Origin: Selaginella moellendorffii
Taxonomy: Eukaryota > Plantae > Lycopodiophyta
Direction of reading: 5' to 3'
Assembly: GCF_000143415.4 (NCBI RefSeq)
Contig: NW_003314304.1
Coordinates: forward strand, 1,499,351-1,563,350
DNA length: 64,000 bases
The position numbers were made by a program, and so were the translations under genes. Position 1 is the first letter of the stretch; each line of letters begins with the position of its first letter. The notes under the pieces were generated by a model. The model had not been told where the DNA came from, searched no databases, and saw nothing but the letters and a program-made list of their open reading frames with translations. Positions 25,437-39,229 of this stretch are shown here, piece by piece.

Positions 25437-26791
25437 GTGCCATAAATAATATAAGTTAATATTTGTAAAGAAACTAGCAAGAAAGAAAACAATTTAAAAT
25501 TAAACAACCTTTTAAAAATGAAATATTTACTATAATGTTCAAAAAAAGTATTTAGAAAGCATTTTTATTAGAGCTACTCTCAAGTAATACTTGATGTGTT
25601 GCAAATGATTTCATAGTAAAAAATATCTTTATACTTCATTTTTAAAATAATAATTAGTGGTGTTTAATACATATTTTGTATTTTCTAAACAATATCTACA
25701 GACACTCAAAAAATTTTGCTATTAAATTATTGTCATTTAAGCACTTGCTTACAATAGTGAAAGCACAATACAGTGTTTGGTTTTTTAGGATGGCATATAT
25801 ATGTAATTGAGGAGAGTAAATAAATTTCTATATAGAGTTTAGTAAGTAAATGGAATTGTGAACAATGACAATTTTGATAAGTCCTTAAAGTGTAGTTTAT
25901 ACCATATTTTAGCTAAACAATAATTTAAAGAATAAGTTGAAGTTGGTAAAGATAATATAAAGTTATCTCCTACTTAGTTTTGAAATGCATTACCTCAAAA
26001 GGTTTATTAATATTAATTAACTTCATTCCTAGAATTATTTTACCAAAGATGCCAAAATAAAAAATGCCGCTAACATGAAATTATCTGAGTAGTTTTTCTT
26101 TAAAGCATTCAATACTGAAATATCAGAATAAATATAAAAATTATTTTAGAGCAATATACAAAGATACCTCATCAACTTATATCAGGAAATGTAGCATAAT
26201 CATAGTAAAACTAACATTCTGCCATAGCTATAACAATATAGAGGACATTTGATTTATCATTGCCTTGCCAAATAGTCTCAAAAATCAATATAATATTTAA
26301 TTTATTTTAAATGCCCTACATAGTTATTGTTAAATAAAACCAAAATCTTAGATATATTTCAATATAAAATACCTTTGAAAATCCATACTATTTTATAATC
26401 CAAAGTTATAGGATGGATATTAAAATATTTGGCCATAATTGTCTTTTGGTCAATTTCTTTCACAATTTTAGTTTTTATATTGAAATATCATTAATATGAA
26501 ATCATTTGATTAGTTTTTCCTTCACTTGGATTATTAAAAATTCAACACTGAAATAAATTTGAAACATTAGGATAAATATGAAAGAATATTTTAGAGCAAT
26601 AATGCAAACTTACTTCATCAACTTTTCTTAAAAAAAAATACCCCAATCATTCCAAAGACATATAGTAATAATTATATAAAGTATGTTCATCTATCTTCAT
26701 ATTTCCAAACTACCTCGTAAAAATATATATTGATGATCTACTTTAAAATGGTGTTTGTTAAATAAAACTAAAAACATAAATGTTAAATACC

Positions 26792-27149
26792 NNNNNNNNN
26801 NNNNNNNNNNNNNNNNNNNNNNNNNNNNNNNNNNNNNNNNNNNNNNNNNNNNNNNNNNNNNNNNNNNNNNNNNNNNNNNNNNNNNNNNNNNNNNNNNNNN
26901 NNNNNNNNNNNNNNNNNNNNNNNNNNNNNNNNNNNNNNNNNNNNNNNNNNNNNNNNNNNNNNNNNNNNNNNNNNNNNNNNNNNNNNNNNNNNNNNNNNNN
27001 NNNNNNNNNNNNNNNNNNNNNNNNNNNNNNNNNNNNNNNNNNNNNNNNNNNNNNNNNNNNNNNNNNNNNNNNNNNNNNNNNNNNNNNNNNNNNNNNNNNN
27101 NNNNNNNNNNNNNNNNNNNNNNNNNNNNNNNNNNNNNNNNNNNNNNNNN
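26792..27149. other. Assembly gap (N run)
   Basis: Ns in the sequence. Confidence 1.
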
Positions 27150-27259
27150 TATATAAAGCATATTTATTTACCTTCATTTTGCTAAACCACCTCATAAAAA
27201 TATAGATTAATGATCTGCTTTAGAATGGTGTTTGTTAAATAAAATAAAAAATTTAAATG

Positions 27260-30200
27260 CTAAATACCTTTGCAAACCCATATTTGTTTTCCCTCCAAGA
27301 TTATGGGATGAAGAGCAAAATATTTTTCCATGATTGTCTCCTGTTTTTCTTTTTTCCCAAATTTAGTTGTCACTAGCTTAAATATCTCTTGCACATCTTC
27401 TGCTTTGGGATTTGTAGTTAGCTTGCTTTTGAGAAGACATGAATCCAAAAAGCTTATAAGCCTTCCCTTGGTTTCATCCACGATTGCATTCACTATCGGT
27501 CCAACACCAGCAAAATGTCCTCCAACTTTGGCCCCAATAAATAATAAGATCAATGTATGTTTAAGTACTAGAGCAAATTTCTTGAGCCAGTTTGGTGGGA
27601 GATCCAATTCAACACCTATAGAACTCTTCACTTGATGACCTTTAGAAGTTCCTTCAGGCCATTCACACAAGTAGTGAAGTCTACCATGTGTTCCCAGTAT
27701 TTTACTGTAATTTTTCCACATATTATTCTCATCAAGAATATATGGATATTTTGGGCAATCTGTCTCCAATTTCAATAATACTCGAAAACACGTTGTATGG
27801 ATTGCATTCACTTTATCTATGATAGACTTGAGTCCATTCTTGAGCTCGTTAACGCTTACTTCAATGTCATTAAGTTTTGTATCCAACTTGTCAAAACGGT
27901 TCTCCATTTTATCAAACATCTTCTTAATATATCTGAGGATTGCATCGAGTTTTGGGTCTTCAATGTTTGGAAACTCAACAACATTTGATGATGCTTTGGG
28001 AATTGTGACTTCTCCAACCTCCTCATAGTCCTTTAAGAGTTCATGAAGCTCAACAAACTTATTCACCACTTCATATTTTTGCTCATTAGGCATCAATAAC
28101 TTGGCCAAAGCATTCTCATCTGAGACTTTCAAATCGTTAATCACATCCCAACTCTCTACTTCATGTGAATAATTCCAAGTGTGAGAGTATTCTAGACCTC
28201 TTTCTCTTGCTTCATATTTGACTTTCTTTAGTGGATAAATAACTGCATCCCATGATTTTGGTTTGCCCACATTATTTAGTATCCTTCTCCACACATAACC
28301 ACGTCTCATCACATTTTCTTCAATTTCCAAAGATGGGCAATCCTCCATACATACCCCAATAATGCAATTTCTAATTTTTTCCATCCATCCTTCAGCTTCC
28401 TTTTCTAAATCCGGCCTTGGTGCATTCTCTACCTCTTTTGGGTAGTAGATGATGACATCAACCCATTGCCTATCTTTCCAATTGTTTGTGTCTCCCCCAA
28501 CTCTCACAATTATCTCAATAAGGTTTTTTTTCAAAGCCACCCATCCATTCCCAAGCCTGAAACCTTTCTTGCTTAATTTGTGAAGTTTAACTTGGATCTT
28601 TGTGAAAATACTTGCAGGAAACAATTTCAAGTCCTTGTCTTTGCATTCAAACCTCCTGCCCCAGTAGTTGTGGTTTTTTTGAGTGTCAATTGGCACTGAG
28701 GGTGACAATAAATCTTCTGGAGGTGAATATTCTTCTTGCAATAATGTTGGCATTATCAGCTCTTTGGGCAAGTTATGCCAATTCCCATCCCATTTATCAT
28801 CCCAAGGCAATATCACTCCCATCTCATGGAGCACTCCAAGAATGTACTCCACTATTTTGTCTTCGTTCCCACATTGTTGCTTCAACTGATGTTTAACTAT
28901 GTGTGTGTCCATTTTACTTTGGAGTTTGCTTGTCTCAGTATGTATGAAGAGCTGCACCACATCCTTGATAAACCATTGGACATCTAAGATGGCAAATTGA
29001 GACACAATGTCGTCCTCTTCATGTCCCAAGCCAAAGTAAATTGCATCACCAGAATCATGTAGAAATTGCAAGATGAATTTGAGAACATTCTTGGAACTCC
29101 TGTGAGGCAAGAGGATTTTGCCAACTTTTTCTAGGGGTATGACCTTCTTGTGACTTGGATCTTGTACCAATTTCCTCTTTGCTTTGAGACATTCCCGTGG
29201 TATTTTTTGCTGGGCTGACAGCAGTTCTTCCAAGCAACTCCCCAACATGGTTTTTATCCCCCTTAAATCTTTCACTTGAGTGGCCACCACCTCAAAACAA
29301 AAGTCATTCCCAAACTCAAGTACTTGCCGATAGCCTTTGTCGGAGATTATTGCAGAAACCACCTCCTTTGGGTCAAAGTCGGGTTCTGGAGTGAAAAAGT
29401 TCAAGGCAATCAAGACCCTGGGCTTCCTTTTGGGTGAGGCTGATTGATGTGAAGCGATGAACCTCAGCCAGTAAACCAAATTCTGCTTGAAAACCTCACA
29501 ATTGCCATCCTCCACCTTGCATACGATCAAGAAGAGATCCTTCTCACTTCCTCTGAGAAAGTACTGGTGGAAAGCATGGAACTCTTCCTGTCCAGCCAGG
29601 TCGCAAATGAGCAGCTTTTGTTTGGTGGTCGCATAGACAAGTGGTTGCAGCTCAATGCCTGCTGTTGAAGCATGCTTTTGGAGACATGATGGAAACCAAG
29701 ACACTCTGCGGCAGAGGTTTTTTTTTATTGTGGTCTTTCCAACCCTGCTAGCACCAAACAAGAAGACATTTGCTGTTGACGGGTTGTCAAAGTCTTTGAA
29801 TGCACTCTGCTGGAAACTTGCTTGAAAGCTTCAGAAGCTTCGGAATCATCACCTAGCTCAAGCACTTCCACGAGGCTTTGGTAGTTTTCCTATCATTGCA
29901 TGTAGTAAATATTTAAATTATTAGAACAAAATGTGTTCTTTAGAACATTTTTATCTATATAATATATAGAGAGTTATTAAATTATTAGGTTCGCCATAAC
30001 CTTAAAATTTTAAAATTTATAATGTTCGTACTAAATTACAATTGAAAATTGACCTCAACTCGTGAGCTCAACTCTTCAACTCGTGAGCTCAAGTATGGTC
30101 CGCGCCCGTATAGTCTTTGCAGCGAACAGTTTGAACAAGTGAGTGCCTTGAAGAGTGCTTCACCTGCCTCCTCTCGAAACGTTGCCACCAGTTTTACTAG

Positions 30201-31076
30201 CTTAATGCAAATGCCACTCTGAAATGCCTGTTCCCACCCTTCCTTGCCAATGTGGTTATCTTCGATGACTAACTCTTCCACCCTGCACTCCTGACTTGCC
30301 AGATCCCTACTCAATTTCCCAAATCCTTCCACTGTCATCCTGTTCCCCAGCAATTGGAGACGTTTCAAGTTGTTTCCTGGTTTCCTAAGGAGTTGGCTAA
30401 GGAGAGTCTCTGGGTTCCCAACCCTGTACAACCAAAGCTCTGTCAAGCAGTCGAGCTGAGCAAAGGCCAACTCAAGCTCCTGAGGTGGTGTGAGGATGTC
30501 TTTGCCTCGCCAATCGAAACGTAGCCCTTTCAAGACCTTGAATTCCTGTGTCATCGTCAGTAGCTTTGCAAACCTCTGCACCTCAATCTGCCAAATATCC
30601 TGTCCCTGCTGAGGAGGAGCAATGCCCTCTGCCACCCTTTGCATTCGATCACTGGGAATGCCCAACCTACAAGCGACCCTGGCAGCGAAGTGGATGAATC
30701 TGATGTCGAGCTGTGGTACCAAAGCGGCCTTGAGAATGTCAATGTGAGCAGCAGCAGCAGCAGCAGCAGACGAACTGCCATCACCAGGAGCATCTCCCAC
30801 ATCCAGAGCCCTGTCTAACCTGGGCGGATTTGAAATGCACCAGTTGAGCACACCAATCAGATCCTCCTCTGTGCCTCCAAACCCCTCAACGGTAGCACTC
30901 ACCTCATCAACAAACTCACCTTTGGATGCGTCAAGCGCCTCCAGCCTCCAGACAAGCTCCCCACAATTAAACTGAATCGCATTGAAGTGCCGCTTGTTGC
31001 CCCGCTTCGCTGCGAGAGCCTCCTTGATCTCCTTGACAGAGTCACAGCGGATCCACACTCGTCGCTCCTCCTCCAT
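27260..31076 (-). pseudogene. TORNADO1-like LRR-Roc-COR gene, copy A, broken into a 346-aa N-terminal ORF and an 833-aa Roc-COR ORF
   Basis: Near-identical to 49126-53421, but ~0.7 kb of LRRs is replaced by filler (~29892-30105, largely AT-rich) and there is a small deletion at ~29817. Confidence 0.85.
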
Positions 31077-31172
31077 GGAAGTTTGCCCTAGATCGAGTGA
31101 TCATGAGTAAACTTCTCCCAGCTGTGGATAAGAAAGTAAGCACGAGTTAGTTTAGGGTTTAGAACAGATAAA

Positions 31173-33089
31173 ATGGGGAAGAAGGGGAAAGGGAAAAGAG
31201 AAGACCGAGCGAGTTCGTCGCCACGACAAGGTGTTAGACGAGGATGATATCGATGCGATCTCTGGCCAAAGACTCTCAATTGTTTTCCTTTTTGTCAGTG
31301 AAGGGGCAGTGGAGAGCACGAGTAAAAAGTGAGCTGTAATGTAAGAGTTAATTTAGGAATTAAACGGAAAGGACAAGACCATAAACAAACATAAAATGAT
31401 TCCATTTGGTGGATTTTATGACACGCTGAGGGAAGAAAGGTCGGCTGTTTCAGCAGTGTAAATGTTTAGTATTGAATTTTTGACACAGGTACTTCAATAA
31501 TCTTTAAGTGCTGGATTTAGACGATTATAAGGTTTGTTTCTGTCGCTCATCGTTCTTCCTTGTTTTTTAACAACTAAACTGATTTCCTTTTGCAGTGGCA
31601 AGAGATAAAACCCAAGCTTGGAGCTGCCTGGCCTTCAGCTGGAACTGGTTCTCAGCTTGCTGTTTATTTAGATGAGGTATTTGTCTACTAAAAGTATAGT
31701 TTTGCGTGTTGTGAACATTTTTTCTTTTCTAGATTTTCTTGTACGGTGGCTATTTCAAAGAGCCTGTGCTTGTTTTACATTCTCGTTTGGAGTTTTAGTT
31801 TTTCAATGTGTTTTGTGAAGGTGAAAAAATCCGGTATGGCTCCTGGCCAAGAGCAGGATTTTTGTCCACATCTTGTTTGGTGGTGTAGTTGATGCTGATG
31901 AGTACGGTTTCAATGCATGCGTTGGAAAAACTAATGTCTTTTGCAGGTGATTCCCTGCACAGCGTTTTTATGATCGAGATGTATATGCTTTCCAGATGGT
32001 TTGTATCTCGTCGATTTTTTTAAAATTATCTAAACACCATCGCTCGCAGGTATCCTTTGGAGCTTCTCAAGCCAAAGAGCCTAAAGATTAAGGTATGGCA
32101 ATCTGAGATTGTGTAGTGGTTAAGTGTGCATCCAAAGCAGAGGAAAGTGGTTGATCCAAATGTGGAAAATGCGTCTCAACGTTGAGCGTTCGGCTTGAAG
32201 GTTGTTGCCTTGTGGAAGAATGAATGCTGGAATGGTCGTTGGAAAGGATACTTTATTTCTGTATGGAGGTATGAAAGAAGTCGGCAAAAAAAAAGTGACA
32301 CGACGACCTTTCCTCGCTGGACCTTCGATGTGTGGAAGTGCATTATTGAGGTTAGTATGATCGAGCCATCATCCAGCCTCATACTAATGTCTCAAGCAGG
32401 AAACACAAAGCGCGTGGATTGAAGCTAGTAAGGAGAAAGGCGAAACTGATGGTGACAACAGTGATGCTGGATCGATTAATAAAGGAAAAGACGAAGAGGA
32501 CGATGACGAGGTAGTAAAAAAGAAGGATGTAAGAAAACTTGTCTGTTTCCTTTTGTGTTCTAGGATGCAGTGGAGTCACTGTGAAGAGGCAGCTGCTATT
32601 CTTAGGGGCGAAGGCAAAAAGGTGACACAGAAAGCACGGAAATTAAAGATTGATCCGAGCTGGGCCTGGCTGATTCCCAACAAACACTTTTGGTGAGTGC
32701 TGATAGTAGTTCATCTTCCTGTTTTGTTATTGATTTGTCTTTCAGCCTGGAGAAACGCTGAGAGATTTTTTCTCTTGGACGATCATGTATTGGCAAATGG
32801 CACCTTACGATCACACCCAACACACTGGAAAGGTGACAACGCAGGTTTTCTTTCGCTCGTTCTTCATGCTCTATGCATCTATCAGGAGCTCAGGAAGGAT
32901 GGATTTGACTTGGCAAAGACACGCTACAGAGAACTTAAAACCCGTCCTTGACAAGGTAAAGTGGTGTTTTAAGAAGGAATCCTCACAACAGCATTGTTTG
33001 ATTTGCAGCTCGCGAGACTTGAAGCCGACCACAACGCCGAAGAGGAGGCTACCAAACCTTCCAAAGAGCGCAGCAAGAAGAAAGGATAA
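31173..33089 (+). pseudogene. KLHDC4-like kelch/DUF4110 pseudogene, copy A
   Basis: MGKKGKGK...DEDDIDAI, GGFYDTLRE, YGGYFKE, PCGRMN, PGETLRDFF, ELRKDGFDLA; deletions and frameshifts. Confidence 0.8.
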
Positions 33090-33174
33090 GGTCCGTGATC
33101 TCTGAAAGTTCTAGCTGAAAATTAAATGAATAGATTACAGTTATTCCCAGAGGTATGGTGAGTGCTTTCCTTTT

Positions 33175-34419
33175 CTAGAGGCAATGCCATTGACATGAAA
33201 CCACTAGTATACAATCTCTGCGTCCTATCATCAATGGTGATAGAAGGTTAATTAATAAGGACGATCCGCATGAAATGGATATCCTGCTCTTACCCAGGAT
33301 AAAGTTTATATTTCCATGATTGCTCGCAGAGTGTATGGGCCTGAGATATGCCATGGCTTGCTTTCGGTTGCCTTTCGTAAAGTGCAGAGTGAACACTCTC
33401 TCTACGCGGTCCATAAACTTTACTACCTGTAGTGCATTGGAGCAATGAAATCCCATCAGCAAGACCCCCAAAGGAAAATTTCTTCACACCTTGTCCGACG
33501 TTGCAAAGTGAGAGTTTTCGACCATCTTGAGGTAACTGCCAGACTCCAGTCACCTGAAAATTTAAAAAAGCTTTTTAGAAGTCTGCAGTAATTTTCCATT
33601 TTCCATAAGTACCTTGTCATATTTCTTGCGGATCCTGACGAATGCCATCATGTTCAAGGAGCTGCCAAGTAAGTTTTCAACACTTTGAGAACATGGATCA
33701 ATCGTATAGAGGTCATTCACCTCAAGTTTCTTAGGAGTCGAAGCCCACGATAAAATTCGACAAAGGCCGTCTGGAGCATCTTGGCTGCTCGCTGAACCTT
33801 TCCTTTGTTACCGGGGCTCCCCTTCAAGCTCTGAGATTCGTCATCTACAACATGGCAGAGATCAAACGATTCCAAGTTAAGTGCTACAGATTTAGAGGCT
33901 GCTATAACAAACCTTGCATAACGATGAGCTCTTGCATTTGGATGTGAAGTTGCTGTGCTTGAGCATCGTACTCGTCTTCCTTGCATCTAAAAAACTTGTC
34001 CACTTTGTTGAGCTGATCGTCAAGGCCGAAAAAGAAGCTCTTTTCGTGATCCGATCGAGTTCCAAACAGCTCCGTCTCGTAAAAATCCTTGCCATCTGCA
34101 ATTCTCCTCTTGTGCACAACCTGACCGTATTGAAGAGTTTTGTTTCGTCTTTACAGTCCAGAACATCCATGGATGTTTCCGAGGATATGGATTGTTCGCA
34201 GCAGCTGCTCAGGATGGCGCTGGGATCTTGCAGCAAGTTTTGAAGCTTGCTCTTGTCAACCGAGAAGACATTTGGATCGAACACCTTGTGCTGCTGGTTC
34301 TTGGTATGTAGGATCTGGTTTTTGATTCTCTTGACAACTTTCTTGAGCTGCTTGTAGTCGCAGTACTTCACCCACTCTGGGACGAGCTGGCCCTCCAGCT
34401 GCTTCTGGAACTTCACCAT
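33175..34419 (-). pseudogene. PHO1: PHO1-family fragment (SPX domain, truncated at the start of the TM/EXS region), copy A
   Basis: MVKFQKQLEGQLVPEW, LDDQLNKVDKFF, AFVEFYRGLRLL, SLNMMAF, FTKGNRKQAMAYLRP. Confidence 0.85.
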
Positions 34420-35239
34420 GTCTGAAAGCTTGGATTACCTGAGGCGAACATCGTCAAGAAAACGATCAAGCAAGAGATGAAATACCTGGAGGAAATGGTG
34501 TCAAGTTTAGAATGCCTCTTCAAACTTTTCTGGCGCCTGTGCTCTGGAAGCAGAGGAAGAACAGTGGCAATGAGCATATGACGAGACAAATGGTGGCGTG
34601 GAATCATCAAATGCGGGAGGAGCACCACCAATTCTCACAAGAAAACAGCGCCTTAAGATCATCTCTGGAGAAAAGGGGGAAAGCCTTCGTTTCTCACCGA
34701 CGCCAGCGAACAATTACATAAGAATACGTTTTCCCGAGTGAAACTGACGCAGCAGAGTGCAAGAGGAGAGAAGAAGCAAGCGATCCATTGGCCTATGGAA
34801 CTAAAAAAGGAAGCAAAAGGACAGGGAATGCAGGGGAATCTACATGAAAAGAAGCTGTCGTAAGTTACACACTTACACACACTCTCACACACTTCAACTC
34901 TTTTCTTGTCAACACGAGTAATTTATGCGAGCGAAAGGGAATGAAAGAATCATTTGAGCATCTAAAGCATGGAAGGAAGCGAGGCACGTACTCTTTCTGG
35001 AAATCACGCTTATGGAGCGTTTTGTTTCGTCGGAATCCCGATTGCTGGCGCAACCAAACTGAAAGAATCGCAAGCTCAGAACTACGAAAGCAAAGAAAAA
35101 ACTTACTCTTGAAAGGGGACGACGAGGAGAAGAATAACCGAAGGAGCCAAGCTTGGAATCGAGAGAGCTTGTCGAGTTCTCGAGGTGAGAGCCCTTTGCT
35201 CACTCAAAAACTTGAAGCAAAGCTGAATAACTCCAACAA

Positions 35240-36600
35240 AGCGATAAGAACGCCACCTTATATTGAAACACACGGCGGTTGTCAAGCGATAATTCAGCTC
35301 TTCGTCTGGAATGCACCAGCAATAAAATAATGCATATGACGCAGAAAGAAGAACTTAACGTACCCGTTCGCTGCCACTTATCAAACTTGACAACCCAAGT
35401 AACGTCCCCAACCTTCGTCGCACGAATTCGATCAACCCACATACAGAAGTTCTTTCCCCTGTGAATACCGTGGAGGGACGTAGAATCTCAACGCTTGTAC
35501 GAAGATCGTCTTCTAGTCCCCACGGAGTGACCAGCGTTGAGTCAGGGGCCTGCCAGCCATTTCGTTGCTCAACCATCCAAAAGTACTAAATACGAGGAAC
35601 TTACCATTGGCCTTTTCAAGTGTTCAAACACCTCGTGGGAGCTTTCAACCTCGCCTCGTAACCATCTCACACAGTAGCACCACGTCCGATCAACCAGCAG
35701 TGAGCTGGCTCAGTAAGTCGGCATCCCTGGGCGAAACACAAGGATCAAACTTGAACTCTCGGATAGCTTGTAAGATTCCCGAAGCGCATCTTTCAGTGCC
35801 ACGAAAGATCTTGGGATTGTCTTTGGCATTATCAAGGTACCACTGCGTAAGATCTTCAACCGCATTCCCGACCTGAGATCGTCAGTGAGTGAGTGGCTGA
35901 TCAATCGACTTCAAGAACTTACGATCACTCCAGAAACGTCTTTGACGGCAAAGAGCTCAGCATCACAAGAACTTTCTGAGGAGCTCTGCCTTCCCTCATG
36001 AGCTGTCCCTTGTCAGCTGCTCAAGGGAGAACATCCATATCCTGTCCTCCGCTGTATATGATTTTTACATCCAACTGGAAGAACAAAAAAGAAGAAGGAT
36101 TAGATCACAAAAGCTTCGAACGATCCTCTAAAAACTTGCCTCACACTCGATCAATCTCTTCAACAGTGTCTCCACAACCCGAGGATCCTCCGCCTTCTTC
36201 AGCTTGAAGCTGACTTTGTGAGGTCGCTGTGCTGTTTGTTCCTACAGAAAAAAAAAAACCAGGACGAGATAGAGAAAACCGTTGTAAACACCATCAAAGA
36301 GAGGATATGGAATTTTTCTACCTGGAATGTAAGCTCTGGAAACTTGGAAGTCTCTTCCAAACAGCCCTATCCCACCCCTTGTTTGGTTCTCGCCCATGGC
36401 ATCGCCGTACAATCTCGACATCGTGACCTCCGGCGTGAGCAGCGTCCTCTCCCGCCTCATCAGTCGGCGATCTTCCAGTCGAGAACACCAGAAGCGAGTC
36501 ATGGAAATAATCTGCGGCCCAGAGCGCATTGAAGAAGAAACCCGATGCGTACCATTGTTCCATCGAGATCGGAGACGATCGCGAGCCGCGCCCCCTCCAT
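35240..36600 (-). pseudogene. SPP: Sucrose-phosphate phosphatase pseudogene
   Basis: MEGARLAIVSDLDGTM (HAD DxDxT), HDSLLVFSTGRSPT, LDVKIIYSGGQDMDVLP*, WYLDNAKDNPKI..ERCASGILQAI, C-terminal WVVKFDKW; stops and frameshifts. Confidence 0.85.
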
Positions 36601-36925
36601 TACAAGCTAATGTGCAAAGAACCCTAAAAGCATATGCATAGTATCCCTCGAATCTTTTTAGACTTTTCACTAGTTTCCAACTTGTCTTCCTTCCCAATCC
36701 TCGTAGCCTCTTAGAAACGCACGAAGAGGACCACTCTCTCATTCGGAGATACCGCCGAATCGTAAAGGGATCTTCCCTTCACATAGAAATCTGCAAAGAA
36801 CCGCTCCACACAAATTCCTTTTCAGAGTTTCTATACCTCGAATGGATCTGTCTGGTGCTTCTCATTGTTTTCTTGCTCTTCGACCTCTTCCTGGAAGAGC
36901 AATCCAAGGCAGCCTCATACTGGCT

Positions 36926-36960
36926 CTGCTGCTGCTGCTGCTGCCCGATCAAATTCCCCT
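36926..36960 (-). pseudogene. 35-bp EIN3 coding remnant ([10 protein letters not shown]) at the A/B junction
   Basis: Matches 18518-18552, then jumps to the EIN3 upstream sequence at 19813. Confidence 0.7.
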
Positions 36961-38123
36961 CAAATTCGACACATTGCCCGGGCAAGCGTCACAATCCCAA
37001 TGCCGCCACCGCTGCGAGGCGCTGCCAACACGATCAACGAGAATCGATGCCCTAGCGCATTGGGGGACGCCGGGCTCGAACCCGGACCAGCGGATGCCGC
37101 GCCGCGCCGGACTCGAGCCACGGACCGGCGGTCTCGTCGCCGGACTCGAACCCGCCACCGTACGCTCTACGCCTCCACCGCTACCATACGCCTCTCTCTA
37201 GTTTATTATACGCCTCCAATCCTTGGTAGTGCTTCCTCATGATCACCTCTATGTGACAACCAACCCCGCGTAGAGTACGCGGGGTACGACGTTTGAAACT
37301 CCATTCATTGGGCTTTGTTAAAGAGAATAACAGAGAGAACGCCACTGTAGCTAAACCTAGAAATCAAAAACTAAGGGGATGACAATGCTAGTAGTTCTTT
37401 TTTACATCGTGCCACCTTAACCCTAGCGAATAATAGAATATTCGCTGCCGGAGAATATTCCGGAATCGGCACATGATAGAGGGCAGTGACAAGAGGTTTT
37501 GGGCCTTATTTTTATTGTTCGCTGGGAGTCCATGTTCCCTCTTTAGCTCCCCATGTGTGGCCTTTGTTTTTGTTGCCAGCCAAAGAAACACACAGAAAGT
37601 TTGAAGGAGAGAGAGAGAGCGCAAAAATCTGAGAGGAGAGAAAGAAATGGGACCGGCTTTGATTGACTTTGCCGCGCTCCACTTCCCTTGATCCCTCCAT
37701 CTCCATCTCGTCCTTTTTCTTTTTCTATTCGGACTTGAACGATTCGATCCATGCCATGTTTCGCTCGAAGTCGATGGATCACTGCCCGATCACTCCACCA
37801 CTTCTTGTCAACTGGAAAAGTCTTTAAATTCCTCTCGCTGATGTGATCAGCACGGCATTAGCCTGAGATCAAGGCCGCAGATCATCCAGCAAAGTCTAAG
37901 CTTTTTGCCATGGATGTGACAAGCTAACGTGTTATCCAGAGCGCTTACAGGTTCCATTGTTTTTTCCATGACAATTCTTTTTCCTCTGGCGACCGGCACG
38001 AAAGTCGTCCGAAGCAACCCAAACTGGAAACAAGATACATGCCCAGTTTCTCGGACAGATTTCCTCAAGCCCGGCAGCACACGGAAGACGAAGAAATTCG
38101 TTAAAAAATCCACGAGCAAGCAG

Positions 38124-38164
<41 letters not shown>

Positions 38165-39229
38165 AAGAACTTTGCCAAGCCCAAAGTCGTTGATGTTAAG
38201 CTAGGCCGTGCTTGAAGCGCGTGATGATGATCATGAAAGTTCCTGTTGAGATGCTCGGTGGATTCTCAGTGTCTCCAGCTCGAGACTTATCGATCAATCC
38301 ACAGTGTGCGGCAGCCATCGTTTCGCTCGATCGCTCCCTCATTTGCAAAAGCTCGGACTTCACGATCCTTCTCTTTCTGCCATGGATTCCTCCATGAAGA
38401 GACCACCGAGCCAAGTTGCGAGAGTGAGGTTAAGCTGTAGTGATCTTACGGACATCCTCTTTTTGGATTGCTTCCTTTTTTACTCCGCGTATCGTATCGA
38501 CACTGTTGTAGAAGAAACAAACGAGTTTTGGAGGTAGCAACTTCCCTTCCGTTTGATTGATACATGAAGAACAAGACATCGCTCGCAAGTGGAAGATCAC
38601 ACGGGAGATGTTTGGAGTCAAACTGGAACTTTCGTGATTGTTACGAGCACCTCCCCTGAATCCAGCGCCACACTATCTATCTGGTAATGTTTCAAAACGA
38701 GTAAACTAATCAGTGTTTGTTGGGAATGAATGTTTGTGCTGCTCGGCCACTTGCACTGCGGCAGCAGAGGAGGATGTTTTGCGGCAACTATACCCGACTA
38801 AATCGAAGTACTTTAATTGCAATTTGCAAGATCACAAGTACTAGTCCTGAAGAAAAACAACGCGATGTGCTTATAATCAAGGCATTCATGCAACTCAAGT
38901 GGAAATTCACTATGTTTACCTGGGCTTTCCGAGGATGCTTCATCTGAATTGCATAGTGTCACCCTGCCGTATGAAAAAGACAAGAGAGAAATTCTTACTC
39001 ACTAGAGTTGAGGACATTTTATTCCTAGAAAATTACTATCAAGATTCTAATTCTAAAAGTTTTTCTTTTGTTTTCTTACAATTATAGTTTATAGTTGATA
39101 ACCTCCACTCCATAAACATAAGAAAATTAAAATATAAATATAGTAACAAGGATTCTTAAAAATTATTGCAAGAGTTTATATTACTATCTTTGCTCTTTGA
39201 GCTTATAGAGATTTTTTTCCATGCAATTA

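Larger units (their letters stand above)
19813..36960. repeat. Segmental duplication unit A
   Basis: Collinear with 36961-58794 and 58795-64000. Confidence 0.85.

Noticed and set aside
26697-27205. ORFs spanning X residues
   Set aside because: Artefacts of the N gap.
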